A DNA stretch of 32,000 nt from NCBI RefSeq assembly GCF_000186885.1, contig NC_014972.1, positions 60,001 to 92,000 of the forward strand. Reading direction: 5' to 3'. This DNA is from Desulfobulbus propionicus DSM 2032 (GTDB taxonomy: Bacteria > Desulfobacterota > Desulfobulbia > Desulfobulbales > Desulfobulbaceae). Made by a program: the position numbers and the translations under genes. Every line of letters starts with the position of its first letter. Position 1 is the stretch's first letter. The notes under the pieces are model-generated. The model made no database searches and was not told the origin of the DNA. It saw nothing but the letters and a program-made list of their open reading frames with translations. Below are positions 1 through 9,017 of the stretch, piece after piece.

Positions 1-1
1 C

Positions 2-361
2 TGGGTGCGCGAGCACAGCGAGGCCACCAACACCTTTGACTTCGTGCCGTTCCGCCAAACCATCACCGCCGACTATGCGGATGATTCGGTTCAGGAGGTG
101 GTGTTGCACGACGAGTCGGTGATTCATCTGCACAAGCACCACGACGCACCGGACATCACCGACCGCCGTCAGGCCATCGACAATCTGGAGGATCACAAGG
201 TGCAGGGCGTGATCCTCACCGGCGTGCTCTACGTCAATCCGGACTCCATGGATACCCACGAGATTCTCAACACCAGTGCTCGGCCGCTCAACAGCCTGAT
301 CGAGGCGGACCTGTGTCCGGGAGGCGCGGCGCTGGAGGCCATCAATGCCGCTCATCGATAA
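2..361 (+). CDS. 2-oxoacid:ferredoxin oxidoreductase, beta subunit, C-terminal part (CDS starts before window)
   Basis: Reading frame is open to the left edge; ends ...GVLYVNPDSMDTHEILNTSARPLNSLIEADLCPGGAALEAINAAHR, typical of the C-terminus of KorB/PorB-like beta subunits. Confidence 0.7.
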   Translation, partial: WVREHSEATNTFDFVPFRQTITADYADDSVQEVVLHDESVIHLHKHHDAPDITDRRQAIDNLEDHKVQGVILTGVLYVNPDSMDTHEILNTSARPLNSLIEADLCPGGAALEAINAAHR

Positions 362-373
362 CCGCCCGATGCC

Positions 374-1228
374 ATGAACGATTACCTCTCCCTGACCGTG
401 GGTATTGCCTGCGCCGGCGTCGGCGGCGAACTGTTCGTCCGCGGCGCGGTCGGTCTCGCCCATTGGGCACGGATTCCACCGGGAATCATCGGCGCCGTGG
501 TGGCCGCGTTCGCCACCTCAAGCCCGGAGCTGTCCGTATCGATCAGTTCCGCCCTGGCGGGCAATCCGCAGATAGCCTTGGGCGACGCCCTGGGGAGCAA
601 TATCGTCAATATCGCCCTGCTGGTGCCCCTGCTGACCGGGCTGCTGTTTTTTGACGGACAGCTCTCGCGCCTGGACGGCCTGCTGATGCTTGTCCTGTTT
701 TTCTCCTGGCTGGCCCTGGCGATGATCGAGGCAAAGAAACAGCGCAGCGCCACCGACGAAATACTGGGGGAGCACCGGAAAGGGCTGGTTGTTGGGTCAT
801 CCGTGGCCGGTCTCGTCCTGCTTGTTCTCGCCGGGGATTTGATTGTCACCGGTGCCAAAGGGATCGCGCTTTCGTTTGGCATGGATTATTTTCTGGTCGG
901 GGTGACCATCGTGGCCATCGGCACCTCCGCGCCGGAGCTGGCCACGGCGGTGATCGCCAAGTTGCGCGGCCACGATGAAGTCGGCCTGGGCACCATCCTG
1001 GGCAGCAACATCTTCAACGGCCTGTTGATCGTCCCGGTGGCGGCCGTCATCGAGCCCATTGCCGTGGTTGCACGGCACGAGGTGGCGCTGTCGCTGGCGG
1101 CCGGTTTCATGGCGGTGCTGCTTCCCTATCCGACACGCACCGGCTATATTCAACGGTCGCGCGGAGTGCTGCTCCTGCTGTTTTATGGGGGATACGTGTA
1201 CACCCTTCTCGCGTTGCGGGGCACCTGA
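374..1228 (+). CDS. calcium/sodium antiporter (CaCA family, YrbG/CaxA-like)
   Basis: 284 aa with the duplicated exchanger motifs ATSSPELSVSISSALAGNPQIALGDALGSNIVN and IGTSAPELATAVIAKLRGHDEVGLGTILGSNIFN, plus hydrophobic TM segments. Confidence 0.92.
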   Translation: MNDYLSLTVGIACAGVGGELFVRGAVGLAHWARIPPGIIGAVVAAFATSSPELSVSISSALAGNPQIALGDALGSNIVNIALLVPLLTGLLFFDGQLSRLDGLLMLVLFFSWLALAMIEAKKQRSATDEILGEHRKGLVVGSSVAGLVLLVLAGDLIVTGAKGIALSFGMDYFLVGVTIVAIGTSAPELATAVIAKLRGHDEVGLGTILGSNIFNGLLIVPVAAVIEPIAVVARHEVALSLAAGFMAVLLPYPTRTGYIQRSRGVLLLLFYGGYVYTLLALRGT

Positions 1229-1305
1229 ATCGATCACCGTGTTCGTGTATCCCGAGCAGCGATGCCCCGCGCTGTTCGTCGTTAATCTTTTACTTTCAGC
1301 TTGCC

Positions 1306-2448
1306 ATGATCACCTTGCCGAGAACCCATCGATTGCCTGCCGAGGCCCCGTCACGTTGTCCTGTTCGCCTGCGCCCCCTGCTTCTCGGGTCCGCGGTGCT
1401 GCTCGCCGCCGGTTTGACCGCGTGCAGCTCGCCGCCGATGCGCGTCGAGCAGACTGCCGGCCGTCCTGTTCAGTCGTCCAAGACATTTCGCGCCTGCGTC
1501 GGCTCCTACCATGCCACGCAACTGACCGGCGATTATGCCCAGTACGCCCGGCTGGAGCAGTTCATCAACCAGATGGTGGACACGCACGGCTTTGAACGCG
1601 AATACCTGCTGGGCCTGTTTTCCCAGGCCAAGCGGAAAAACTGGACCCTCAACTATCTCGCCAAGTCGGACCAGGGATTGAAAGGCAGGCCCGCCGCGGG
1701 CGGGTGGAGCCGCTACCGGGCCAAGTTCCTCGACGAGCGCCACATTGGCGCCGGGGTTGACTTCGCCCGCCGCCACCGCGCCGCCCTGCAACGCGCTACC
1801 CGGCAGTATGGCGTACCGCAGGAGTACATTCTCGGCATCCTGGCGGTGGAAACCACGTTCGGCGGTTTTGTCGGCAACCACCGGGTGCTCGACGCCCTGA
1901 CCACCCTGGGTTTCGATTACGCCCGGCGCGGCGACTATTTTCGCGGCGAACTGGAAAGCTATCTGCTGATGGCCCGGGAGGAAGGCATCGACCCGGCCCG
2001 GCCGGTGGGGTCGTTTGCCGGGGCCATGGGATTGGGGCAGTTCATGCCCAGCAGTTTCCGCAAGTGGGCGGTCGATTTCAACGGCGATGGCCGGCGGGAT
2101 CTGTGGAATGCGGAAGACGCCATCGGCAGCGTGGCCAACTACTTTGCCCAGCACGGCTGGCAAGCAGGACAACCAGTGGCCACGCCCCTGCGAACCAATG
2201 GATCGATCAGTCTGGAACCAGGTTTGGACAACAGCTATTCGCTCTCCTCGCTGCAGCAGGCTGGCTTGCAGCCGGTCGGCGCCGGCAGTTGCGAGGGAGA
2301 GTTGCGTTTGTTGCTGCTCCGCCACCAGGGCCATGATCAGTACCTGATTGGCCATCCCAACTTTTACACCATCACCCGCTACAACCACAGCACCTACTAT
2401 GCCATGGCGGTCCACGAGCTGGCGCAGGAGATCAGTCGTCGGCTGTAG
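1306..2448 (+). CDS. mltB: lytic murein transglycosylase B-like lipoprotein
   Basis: Lipobox-like N-terminus (LLAAGLTACSS); SLT domain motifs GILAVETTFGGFVGNHRVLDALTTLGFDYARR, GSFAGAMGLGQFMPSSFRKWAVDFNGDGRRDLWNAEDAIGSVANYFAQHGW. Confidence 0.9.
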   Translation: MITLPRTHRLPAEAPSRCPVRLRPLLLGSAVLLAAGLTACSSPPMRVEQTAGRPVQSSKTFRACVGSYHATQLTGDYAQYARLEQFINQMVDTHGFEREYLLGLFSQAKRKNWTLNYLAKSDQGLKGRPAAGGWSRYRAKFLDERHIGAGVDFARRHRAALQRATRQYGVPQEYILGILAVETTFGGFVGNHRVLDALTTLGFDYARRGDYFRGELESYLLMAREEGIDPARPVGSFAGAMGLGQFMPSSFRKWAVDFNGDGRRDLWNAEDAIGSVANYFAQHGWQAGQPVATPLRTNGSISLEPGLDNSYSLSSLQQAGLQPVGAGSCEGELRLLLLRHQGHDQYLIGHPNFYTITRYNHSTYYAMAVHELAQEISRRL

Positions 2449-2481
2449 CGACGGGCTGGCGGTACCCGGCGCGGTCAACCC

Positions 2482-2518
2482 ACGGCGTATCGATCGACTC
2501 GATACGCCGTGTTTGTTT
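2482..2518. terminator. putative terminator between convergent genes
   Basis: Perfect 12-bp stem ACGGCGTATCGA-TCGAC-TCGATACGCCGT followed by GTTTGTTT, located between convergent mltB (+) and glycosyltransferase (-). Confidence 0.65.
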
Positions 2519-2520
2519 GC

Positions 2521-3633
2521 TCACAGGAGGTGCGGCGCCAGAACCCGCAGGTACTCGGACACGGCCCGTTCAACGGTAAATCTGCTGGCGCGGATGGTCA
2601 CGTCCGGATGCTGCTGGCTATCGAGAACAGTGATCATGGCACGGGCCAGACGCTCGTGATCGCCCACCGGCATCAGATGGCCCCAGCGCCCTTTTTCCAG
2701 AATCTCCGCAGGACCGCTTGGACAATCGGTGCTGACGATCGGAGCTCCGCAGGCCATTGCTTCGATGAGCACGTTCGGCAATCCTTCCCAGGCGGAAGAA
2801 AGCACGAACAGGGAACAGGCGCGCATCCACGGAAAGGGATTGTCGACGAATCCAGGGAGGAGGACGTCGTCAGTCAACCCCAGTTGGGCAATGCGTTGTT
2901 CGAGCGCGCCGCGCAGCTCGCCCTCGCCAAGGATGACGAGGCGTGCCGACCGTTGCTGGCGGAGACTGGCAAAGGCTTGGATCAGAGTGGGATAATCCTT
3001 GGCGGCGGCCAATCGGCCAATGGCCAGCACCACCGGAGGTTGATCGTGCGCCAGCCAGGGATGGGAAAGCGGTTTGTGACTGAGGGCCAGCAACTTGTCG
3101 CTGACCACCGGATTGTAGATGACGTGGATACGTTCGCGCGGCAGCTTGATGGCATGCGCCAGATCATTCGCCACGCCCTCTGATACCGCGATAACCCTGT
3201 CGGCAGAGCGGTAGTGCAGCCGCATCAGGATCGGCAGTACTTTGGTTCGGCCGAGTCGAGTGTTTGCCTGGGCAACGGAGAGGGTGTTGCGTACCGACAC
3301 CGCGACCCGAGTGGAAACCCGGGCCATGGTCCGGGCCCAGAGGGCAACGATATTGGCATGGTCGAGCGCGGACAGCAGGGCGTATGGCCGCTCCTGGCGG
3401 AGATAGCCAGCCAGCGGCCGTAAACTGGCAACAACCCGGGAGGCCTGGAGGTCGACCACCCGCACCGCTGGATCGATCATGCCGATATAAGCGCCTTCAG
3501 CCTTGGCCAAAACCAGATCAACCGCAAGCCCGCGGGCCGCGATGCCGTTGGCCAGAATGCTCATGGCCCGCTCGGCGCCGCCGCCGCGCAGCGAAGGCAG
3601 GAACAGGGCGATACGTTGATCCATCGGCTTCAA
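2521..3633 (-). CDS. glycosyltransferase, group 1/GT4 family
   Basis: 370 aa; N-term LPSLRGGGAERAMSILANGIAARG, C-terminal VLAIGRLAAAKDYPTLIQAFA...ILGEGELRGALEQRIAQLGL...VLSSAWEGLPNVLIEAMACGAPIVSTDCPSGPAEIL, canonical GT-B/GT4 donor-binding motifs. Confidence 0.93.
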   Translation of the reverse strand: MKPMDQRIALFLPSLRGGGAERAMSILANGIAARGLAVDLVLAKAEGAYIGMIDPAVRVVDLQASRVVASLRPLAGYLRQERPYALLSALDHANIVALWARTMARVSTRVAVSVRNTLSVAQANTRLGRTKVLPILMRLHYRSADRVIAVSEGVANDLAHAIKLPRERIHVIYNPVVSDKLLALSHKPLSHPWLAHDQPPVVLAIGRLAAAKDYPTLIQAFASLRQQRSARLVILGEGELRGALEQRIAQLGLTDDVLLPGFVDNPFPWMRACSLFVLSSAWEGLPNVLIEAMACGAPIVSTDCPSGPAEILEKGRWGHLMPVGDHERLARAMITVLDSQQHPDVTIRASRFTVERAVSEYLRVLAPHLL

Positions 3634-4511
3634 GGTGACACCCAGTGGGAAAGATCCCGCTTGAGAACTTCGCTCAGCAACAGAATATCTTCCCGGAAAT
3701 ACTCTTTGAGGGTGTGGCGCATCTCATCGCTCAGGGGGGCTCTTGACCGGTACTTCACATTCCGCCGACTCAAGGAACTCAATATTCCCCAGGTGCGACC
3801 CGTGCCAAAGATTCGCCTGGTGTGGCCAAGTAACTGGATGATGCGATGCAGGAGCATCGATTGTCGCTCTTTGGCTGGATTTTTTGCCGGAAAATCTGAA
3901 CGTCCGTCATCTTCTACCTGTAAAAACTGGAGAACGCGCTGGTACGAACTCTGGGGGTCAGCTTTGACATCATCAAGCAAAACCGGCAATACGCGGTCGT
4001 CAGCTATCTGTGTGTAGAGGCGGGCCATCTGCGCGCCGAGTTTGCAGACATCGCCGTATGCGAGTAGCCGCGGTTCCCGGCACCAGAGCGAGACGTGCTC
4101 GCCTCGCGACCTGGCCTCACTCAGCAACCAAGCATGTTCAAAATCGCGAATATGTTCATTCCCATTAAAAATCTGCTGTTCATGAAAAGAATACGCCATT
4201 TCGACAGGGTTGCGTAAGCAAACGATATATCGAGAATTTGGCGAATAATGCTCTATGTTCCGTACAGCGTCCCTTGAGTAGAGATACCCTGTCGAAGCCT
4301 CTCCTACGGCCACATGGGCTGAGGTTGCCTGGTGAAACAACCGCTCATAACTCTTTCTTTCTTTGATAATAATGTGATTCTGGTCCGTGTTGAAATGATG
4401 CGGCTCTTTTCGGGGCGACATGTATATCTGAGGATGTTCAGACAGCCATGCGACCAGTGACGTGGTGCCGCATTTCGGGGCCCCCACAATAAAGAAATTA
4501 GGTTTTTTCAT
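3630..4511 (-). CDS. sulfotransferase family protein (PAPS-dependent type)
   Basis: 293 aa starting MKKPNFFIVGAPKCGTTSLVAWLSEHPQIYMSPRKEPHHF (5'-PSB loop) and YIVCLRNPVEMAYSFHEQ (3'-PB-like motif); overlaps downstream glycosyltransferase by 4 nt. Confidence 0.9.
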   Translation of the reverse strand: MKKPNFFIVGAPKCGTTSLVAWLSEHPQIYMSPRKEPHHFNTDQNHIIIKERKSYERLFHQATSAHVAVGEASTGYLYSRDAVRNIEHYSPNSRYIVCLRNPVEMAYSFHEQQIFNGNEHIRDFEHAWLLSEARSRGEHVSLWCREPRLLAYGDVCKLGAQMARLYTQIADDRVLPVLLDDVKADPQSSYQRVLQFLQVEDDGRSDFPAKNPAKERQSMLLHRIIQLLGHTRRIFGTGRTWGILSSLSRRNVKYRSRAPLSDEMRHTLKEYFREDILLLSEVLKRDLSHWVSP

Positions 4512-4580
4512 ATTGATTCAGTCACGCCTGGTTCGTTGCTGGCTGTTTATTGCCGAACAATATCCAATGGTTTGCAAACG

Positions 4581-4902
4581 TCATATTTCTCGGTACGCCT
4601 CTGCGGTGGAACAGGGGGCGTCTGGAATGATAGTATTTTTTATTTTGTGAACAATCATTTCTGCATATTTATCTTTGTCATAATGATGGTCATTTGGATT
4701 TGGATTCAGCAAGCTGTCGTGCACGAGCCCTTTTTCATTGAGTGATTCCTTGTCAAAGGATAGATATACTATATCGGTTTTGTTGCAAAAATCTTCCATT
4801 ATGTTGTTGAATTGAACAGTTATTTTCGTTCTTTGCCACTGGGTTGCCTTGACGTCTTTTCGTGCATTGGCTATTTCTCCCCAGTCTTGTTCGTCTTTTG
4901 GG
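4581..4902 (-). pseudogene. 3' fragment of SGNH/GDSL hydrolase-like gene disrupted by IS insertion
   Basis: Minus-strand frame is open from the IS boundary: NPKDEQDWGEIANARKDVKATQWQRTKITVQFNNIMEDFCNKTDIVYLSFDKESLNEKGLVHDSLLNPNPNDHHYDKDKYAEMIVHKIKNTI..., resembling the D..H block of SGNH-type proteins. Confidence 0.75.
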
Positions 4903-4904
4903 TT

Positions 4905-6211
4905 TCTTGAAAATTAAATGCAGTAGCCTGCGACAAGTTTAACTATCAAATTGTTGATTTTGTGTAAATATGTTACATTCTTCATCGTTTTAAGGCCGCA
5001 TCCGCCAACCATCACCCGATGGAGATCAGCCATGATCCAGCCCGGCTTTTTTGATTTGCAGGACCGATTGCACAAAATCGACAAGAACGGCGACCCACTT
5101 GCCAAGATCAACGAGACGGTCAACTGGGAGATGTTTCGTCCTGCGCTCGAAAAGGCCAGGGACAAGGGCCGGCAGTCTACGGTCGGGCCGAAGGGGTACG
5201 ACGTCATCCTGCTGTTTAAGATTCTCATCCTGCAGTCGTTGTACAATCTGTCGGATGACGCGACCGAGTTTCAGATTCTCGACCGGCACTCCTTTGGGCG
5301 CTTTCTTGGTCTGCACATCAGCCAGAAGGTTCCCGATGCCACCACCATCTGGCGTTTTCGGGAAGACCTCGTCAAGGCCGGCATTGTAGAGGAACTGTTT
5401 GCGACCTTCGATGCGCATCTCCGGGACAACGGCTTCATGGCGATGAAAGGGCAGATCGTGGATGCCAGCATTGTCAGCGTGCCCAAACAGCGGAACAGCC
5501 GGGAGGAAAATGCCCGGATCAAAGAGGGCGACATCCCGGAGAACTGGTCCGAGAACAAGCGGCGTAGAAAAGACGCGGACGCGCGCTGGACCAAGAAGAA
5601 CGGCAAGTCTTATTACGGCTACAAGAACCACATCTCGGTGGATGTGAAGCACAAGTTGATTCGCAGCTATGCCGTGACCGATGCGGCCCTGCACGACAGC
5701 AACGTGTTCGAGCAACTCCTTGCCGACAATACGAGCAAGGACGTCTGGGCGGATTCGGCCTATCGATCCGCGGATCGATTGGAGCGCCTCGGCCAGGATG
5801 GTTTTCGTGAACACATCCAACGCAAGGGGAGCCGCAATCGTCCCTTGACGCCCAGAGAACAGGAGGGCAACCGAACCAGATCCAAGGTCCGTTCGCGAAT
5901 CGAGCATGTCTTTGGTGTACAGGCGCAGCGAGCGGGGAATGTACTGTTGCGCACGATCGGCATAGCCCGAGCCCGAGCAAAGATCGGCTTGCGCAACTTG
6001 GTGTATAACATTGACCGAATGGGGATGCTTCTGGCTGCAAGCAGGTGAAGTGTGCCCGGAGTGCGGCAAACTGGCAAAAGACCGCCATCGAGCACAGAGC
6101 GAGGCACCGCCAAGGTGCAAAACCGATCGGATTAAAAGCCAGAAGAGCATGGTCTTTGTGAATAAAATTGTCGGTGAATGGTGCCGGGGCTTGCTAAGCT
6201 AAATTTCAAGA
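4905..6211 (+). mobile_element. IS5-family-like insertion sequence, about 1.3 kb
   Basis: Contains one transposase ORF; candidate imperfect terminal inverted repeats TCTTGAAAATTAAAT (left) and TCTTGAAATTTAGCT (reverse complement of right end), flanked by TT (4903-4904 and 6212-6213). Removing it with one TT restores a continuous minus-strand ORF. Exact ends could be off by a few nt. Confidence 0.75.
5032..6048 (+). CDS. IS5 family transposase
   Basis: 338 aa from ATG 5032; YDVILLFKILILQSLYNLSDDATEFQILDRHSFGRFLGL...VPDATTIWRFREDL..., ...IVDASIV..., YGYKNHISVDVKHKLIRSYAVTDAALHDSNVF, WADSAYRS, IEHVFG: DDE IS5-type motifs. Confidence 0.95.
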   Translation: MIQPGFFDLQDRLHKIDKNGDPLAKINETVNWEMFRPALEKARDKGRQSTVGPKGYDVILLFKILILQSLYNLSDDATEFQILDRHSFGRFLGLHISQKVPDATTIWRFREDLVKAGIVEELFATFDAHLRDNGFMAMKGQIVDASIVSVPKQRNSREENARIKEGDIPENWSENKRRRKDADARWTKKNGKSYYGYKNHISVDVKHKLIRSYAVTDAALHDSNVFEQLLADNTSKDVWADSAYRSADRLERLGQDGFREHIQRKGSRNRPLTPREQEGNRTRSKVRSRIEHVFGVQAQRAGNVLLRTIGIARARAKIGLRNLVYNIDRMGMLLAASR

Positions 6212-6675
6212 TTCCCTTTTATTGTTGGCAGGGGGGTGCTTATGCATATAACTCTGTGAGTTGATGATAGTTGCTGTAAAAAATCTTTGTAATTTTGTAC
6301 AGCCATATCTAGCATATCCGATACATTTGTTTTGTATTTTTCTGATTTGTGCCAAATAACAAATCCGGTGTCCACTTCTCCAAGTAATACTATTATTGTC
6401 CTTGCCTTGGATTTTTTTATTTCTTTTCTGAAAGTTGCCAAGGCTTGTGTTTTTGAATTTGGATTTTCAAGACCTGATATGGTTGCGCCTCCAACTGCTA
6501 TGACGTTAAAAAAGTGGTTTTTGAATTGCTCCTCAATATGTTTATTTTTGAATACATTTGCATGGGAATCACCCAGGACAAGAATTTCCTCGTGTTCGTG
6601 TATTAACGATCTGTATTTTTGAAAAATTTTTCTGACCTTATTTTTTACAAACAGCTCAATGTTGAGAGTGATCAT
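6212..6675 (-). pseudogene. 5' fragment of SGNH/GDSL hydrolase-like gene disrupted by IS insertion
   Basis: MITLNIELFVKNKVRKIFQKYRSLIHEHEEILVLGDSHANVF...; LVLGDSH resembles SGNH block I. The annotated ORF ends only because it reads into the IS (LEI-stop). Confidence 0.75.
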
Positions 6676-6706
6676 GTGGAAATGTTATAGATTGTTGAAC
6701 CGAGCG

Positions 6707-6736
6707 CCCTACTCTCAAAGGCGAATGAAAGTAGGG
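6707..6736. other. stem-loop (no T tract)
   Basis: CCCTACTCTC-AAAGGCGAAT-GAAAGTAGGG, 10-bp stem with one mismatch/wobble, between the hypothetical gene at 6854 and the SGNH-like start at 6675. Confidence 0.5.
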
Positions 6737-6853
6737 TCACCTGAAGAGCACGGCACGCGTCCGGCGTGGAAGTGATTTCGTTGAGGCCACGTCTCTGCGT
6801 GTCCCCCGGGGGGGGGTTGCACAACAAGACAAAACAGCAACCCAACCGAGCGA

Positions 6854-7564
6854 TTACTCTTTCAGCTCGATCCGCAGATGTCCCTCGCGGACCTCGATGG
6901 CCGCGACGCCGTCGGCAAAGCCTTTCCAGAATCCCGGTTCCGCGCCGAACACCTCGATCAGATCGATATTTTTCAGGCCGCCCAGCCAGGCATTGGGCAG
7001 GGGCACGCCCATCACCGAGATGCCGCGTAGAATAACCACCGGGCGATCGTTGCGAAAGGCCAGTTCCGCCCCGCCCCGGACCTTGAGCACCTTGCCGCCC
7101 ATGATCGGGAAATCGGGGTCCACCGGGATGAGCAATTTGACACTGACCAGATTGTCCGAGAAATCAACCGCCATGCGCGTGGCCAGCTCGGAGTTGTGGG
7201 CGATCATCGCGTTCACCTCCCGTTCACTGAGGCGAATCTCGCGGGAGGCCCCCTCCTCGCTGTACGGCTCGGGCGTCAAATCCTCCTCGCTCACCACCGG
7301 CCCTTGTGGTCCGGACGATGTGCGGCCCGTTTCACCGCCAAATCGGTCGAGTCGCTCCAGTTTGCGTTCCAGCCGTTGTTCTTCCGCCTGGCTCAGAACC
7401 ACCGGCTTGAAGGGACGGGGGAACAGCCAGTGCGTGATGATGAGCACGGTGGCCACCATGGTGAAAAGCATGGCGACGATCACAATGGTGACCACTTTTG
7501 CCGTGGACGGCCCGGTCTTTTGTTGCGGTGTTTCCATGGGGCACTCTCTTTGCATTGGACACAT
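6854..7564 (-). CDS. hypothetical membrane-anchored protein
   Basis: Long ORF (236 aa; start may be internal METPQQK) with one N-terminal TM (VVTIVIVAMLFTMVATVLIITHWLF) and a C-terminal domain SEREVNAMIAHNSELATRMAVDFSDNLVSVKLLIPVDPDFPIMGGKVLKVRGG. Confidence 0.75.
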   Translation of the reverse strand: MCPMQRECPMETPQQKTGPSTAKVVTIVIVAMLFTMVATVLIITHWLFPRPFKPVVLSQAEEQRLERKLERLDRFGGETGRTSSGPQGPVVSEEDLTPEPYSEEGASREIRLSEREVNAMIAHNSELATRMAVDFSDNLVSVKLLIPVDPDFPIMGGKVLKVRGGAELAFRNDRPVVILRGISVMGVPLPNAWLGGLKNIDLIEVFGAEPGFWKGFADGVAAIEVREGHLRIELKE

Positions 7565-7754
7565 GTTCCCCTTCTATACGCGACCTGCCCTCCGCTGTCA
7601 AACAGAGGACGGCGGAGAAGCCGCCCAGAAGGGGCAACGTACAAAAAAACAGCGTGATAGCTGCTGATCTTCATTATTGGCTTGCGCCCTCCTGAAATCT
7701 CCTGTATGTGCATCGGACCCTTGCCGACACGGACCCTTTACCCATGGATTGCCG

Positions 7755-9017
7755 ATGGCCCTCAACGGATATCTCCTGTTCATTGTGAGCATTCTCGTGC
7801 TCGGCTACCTGCTCGAGCTGACGGTGGCCCTGCTCAACCTCCGCTCGCTCAGCCCCCGGCTGCCGGCCGAGTTTGCCGGAGTCTACGACGCCGTGCAGTA
7901 TGCCCGCTCCCAGGAATACACCCGGGCGACCACCCGTTTTTCTCTGGTGCGGGCAACGGTCAGTCTGATCCTGACCCTCCTGTTCATCCTGGCGGGCGGG
8001 TTCAATGGTGTCGATCTCCTGGCCCGCGGCTTCGGTTTGCCGTCAATTCCCACCGGTCTGCTGTTTACCGGCCTGCTCGCTCTGCTCTCAGCCGTCCTCA
8101 GCCTGCCCTTTTCCGTGTATTCGACCTTTGTCATCGAACAACGGTTCGGCTTCAACACCACCACGCCGGCGACCTTTGTGCTTGACCTGTTCAAGGGGCT
8201 GGGGTTGGCGGTGGCGCTCGGCGGGCCGCTGCTGGCGGTCATTTTTTGGTTGTTCGAGGCCAGCGGTCCCCGAGCCTGGCTCTATTGCTGGGCCGCCTCG
8301 GTGGCCTTTGTCCTGGTGGTCCAAGTTCTCGCGCCCGTGGTAATCTTGCCGCTGTTCAACAAATTTGCCCCATTGGCCGAGGGTGAGCTGAAAGAGGCCA
8401 TCACTCGCTATGCGGCTTCGCAGCGGTTCGCTCTCCAGGGCATCCACACCATGGACGGTTCCAAGCGATCCACCCGGGCCAATGCCTTTTTCACCGGCTT
8501 TGGCCGTTTCCGCCGCATCGTCTTCTTCGATACCCTGATGGACAAGCTTTCGACAGCCGAAATCGTGGCCGTGCTCGCCCACGAGATGGGCCACTACAAA
8601 CTCAAGCACATCCCGGTGATGCTGGCGCTCTCCATTCTGCAGATGGGCTTGCTGTTTTTTATTTTGTCCCTGTTTCTCAATAATCAGGGGTTGTTTGCCG
8701 CCTTTGGCATGGAGCATGTCTCGGTGTATGCCTCGCTGGTTTTCTTCGGCTTTCTGTATGCGCCGATCTCCACCCTGATGGCCATCGGTTTCAATATCGT
8801 TTCCCGGCAGAACGAATACCAGGCCGACCGCTTTGCCGCCCGGACCCTGGACCATGGCGCGGAATCATTGATCAGCGGCTTGAAAAAACTCAGTGTCAGC
8901 AACCTCTCCAACCTCACGCCGCATCCGCTGCACGTCATGCTCAACTCCAGTCATCCACCGGTCCTGGCCCGGATAGAGGCCCTGCGGCGGCTGCAAACAG
9001 GTCAAGTCGATGGCTGA
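7755..9017 (+). CDS. M48 family (Ste24/CAAX prenyl protease 1-like) metallopeptidase
   Basis: Multiple TM segments, FVIEQRFGFNTTTPATFVLDLFKG, GSKRSTRANAFFTGFGRFRRIVFFDTLM, HEMGHYKLKH (HExxH), NEYQADRFA. Start chosen at ATG 7755 (MALNGYLL). Confidence 0.92.
   Translation: MALNGYLLFIVSILVLGYLLELTVALLNLRSLSPRLPAEFAGVYDAVQYARSQEYTRATTRFSLVRATVSLILTLLFILAGGFNGVDLLARGFGLPSIPTGLLFTGLLALLSAVLSLPFSVYSTFVIEQRFGFNTTTPATFVLDLFKGLGLAVALGGPLLAVIFWLFEASGPRAWLYCWAASVAFVLVVQVLAPVVILPLFNKFAPLAEGELKEAITRYAASQRFALQGIHTMDGSKRSTRANAFFTGFGRFRRIVFFDTLMDKLSTAEIVAVLAHEMGHYKLKHIPVMLALSILQMGLLFFILSLFLNNQGLFAAFGMEHVSVYASLVFFGFLYAPISTLMAIGFNIVSRQNEYQADRFAARTLDHGAESLISGLKKLSVSNLSNLTPHPLHVMLNSSHPPVLARIEALRRLQTGQVDG

Noticed and set aside
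5026-6150. 374-aa minus-strand ORF inside the IS
   Set aside because: Antisense to the transposase with no independent coding signature.
6803-6816. CCCCC-GGGGGGGGG tract
   Set aside because: Unusual homopolymer, but isolated and in a short intergenic region; too little to propose a phase-variable switch since no gene is affected.
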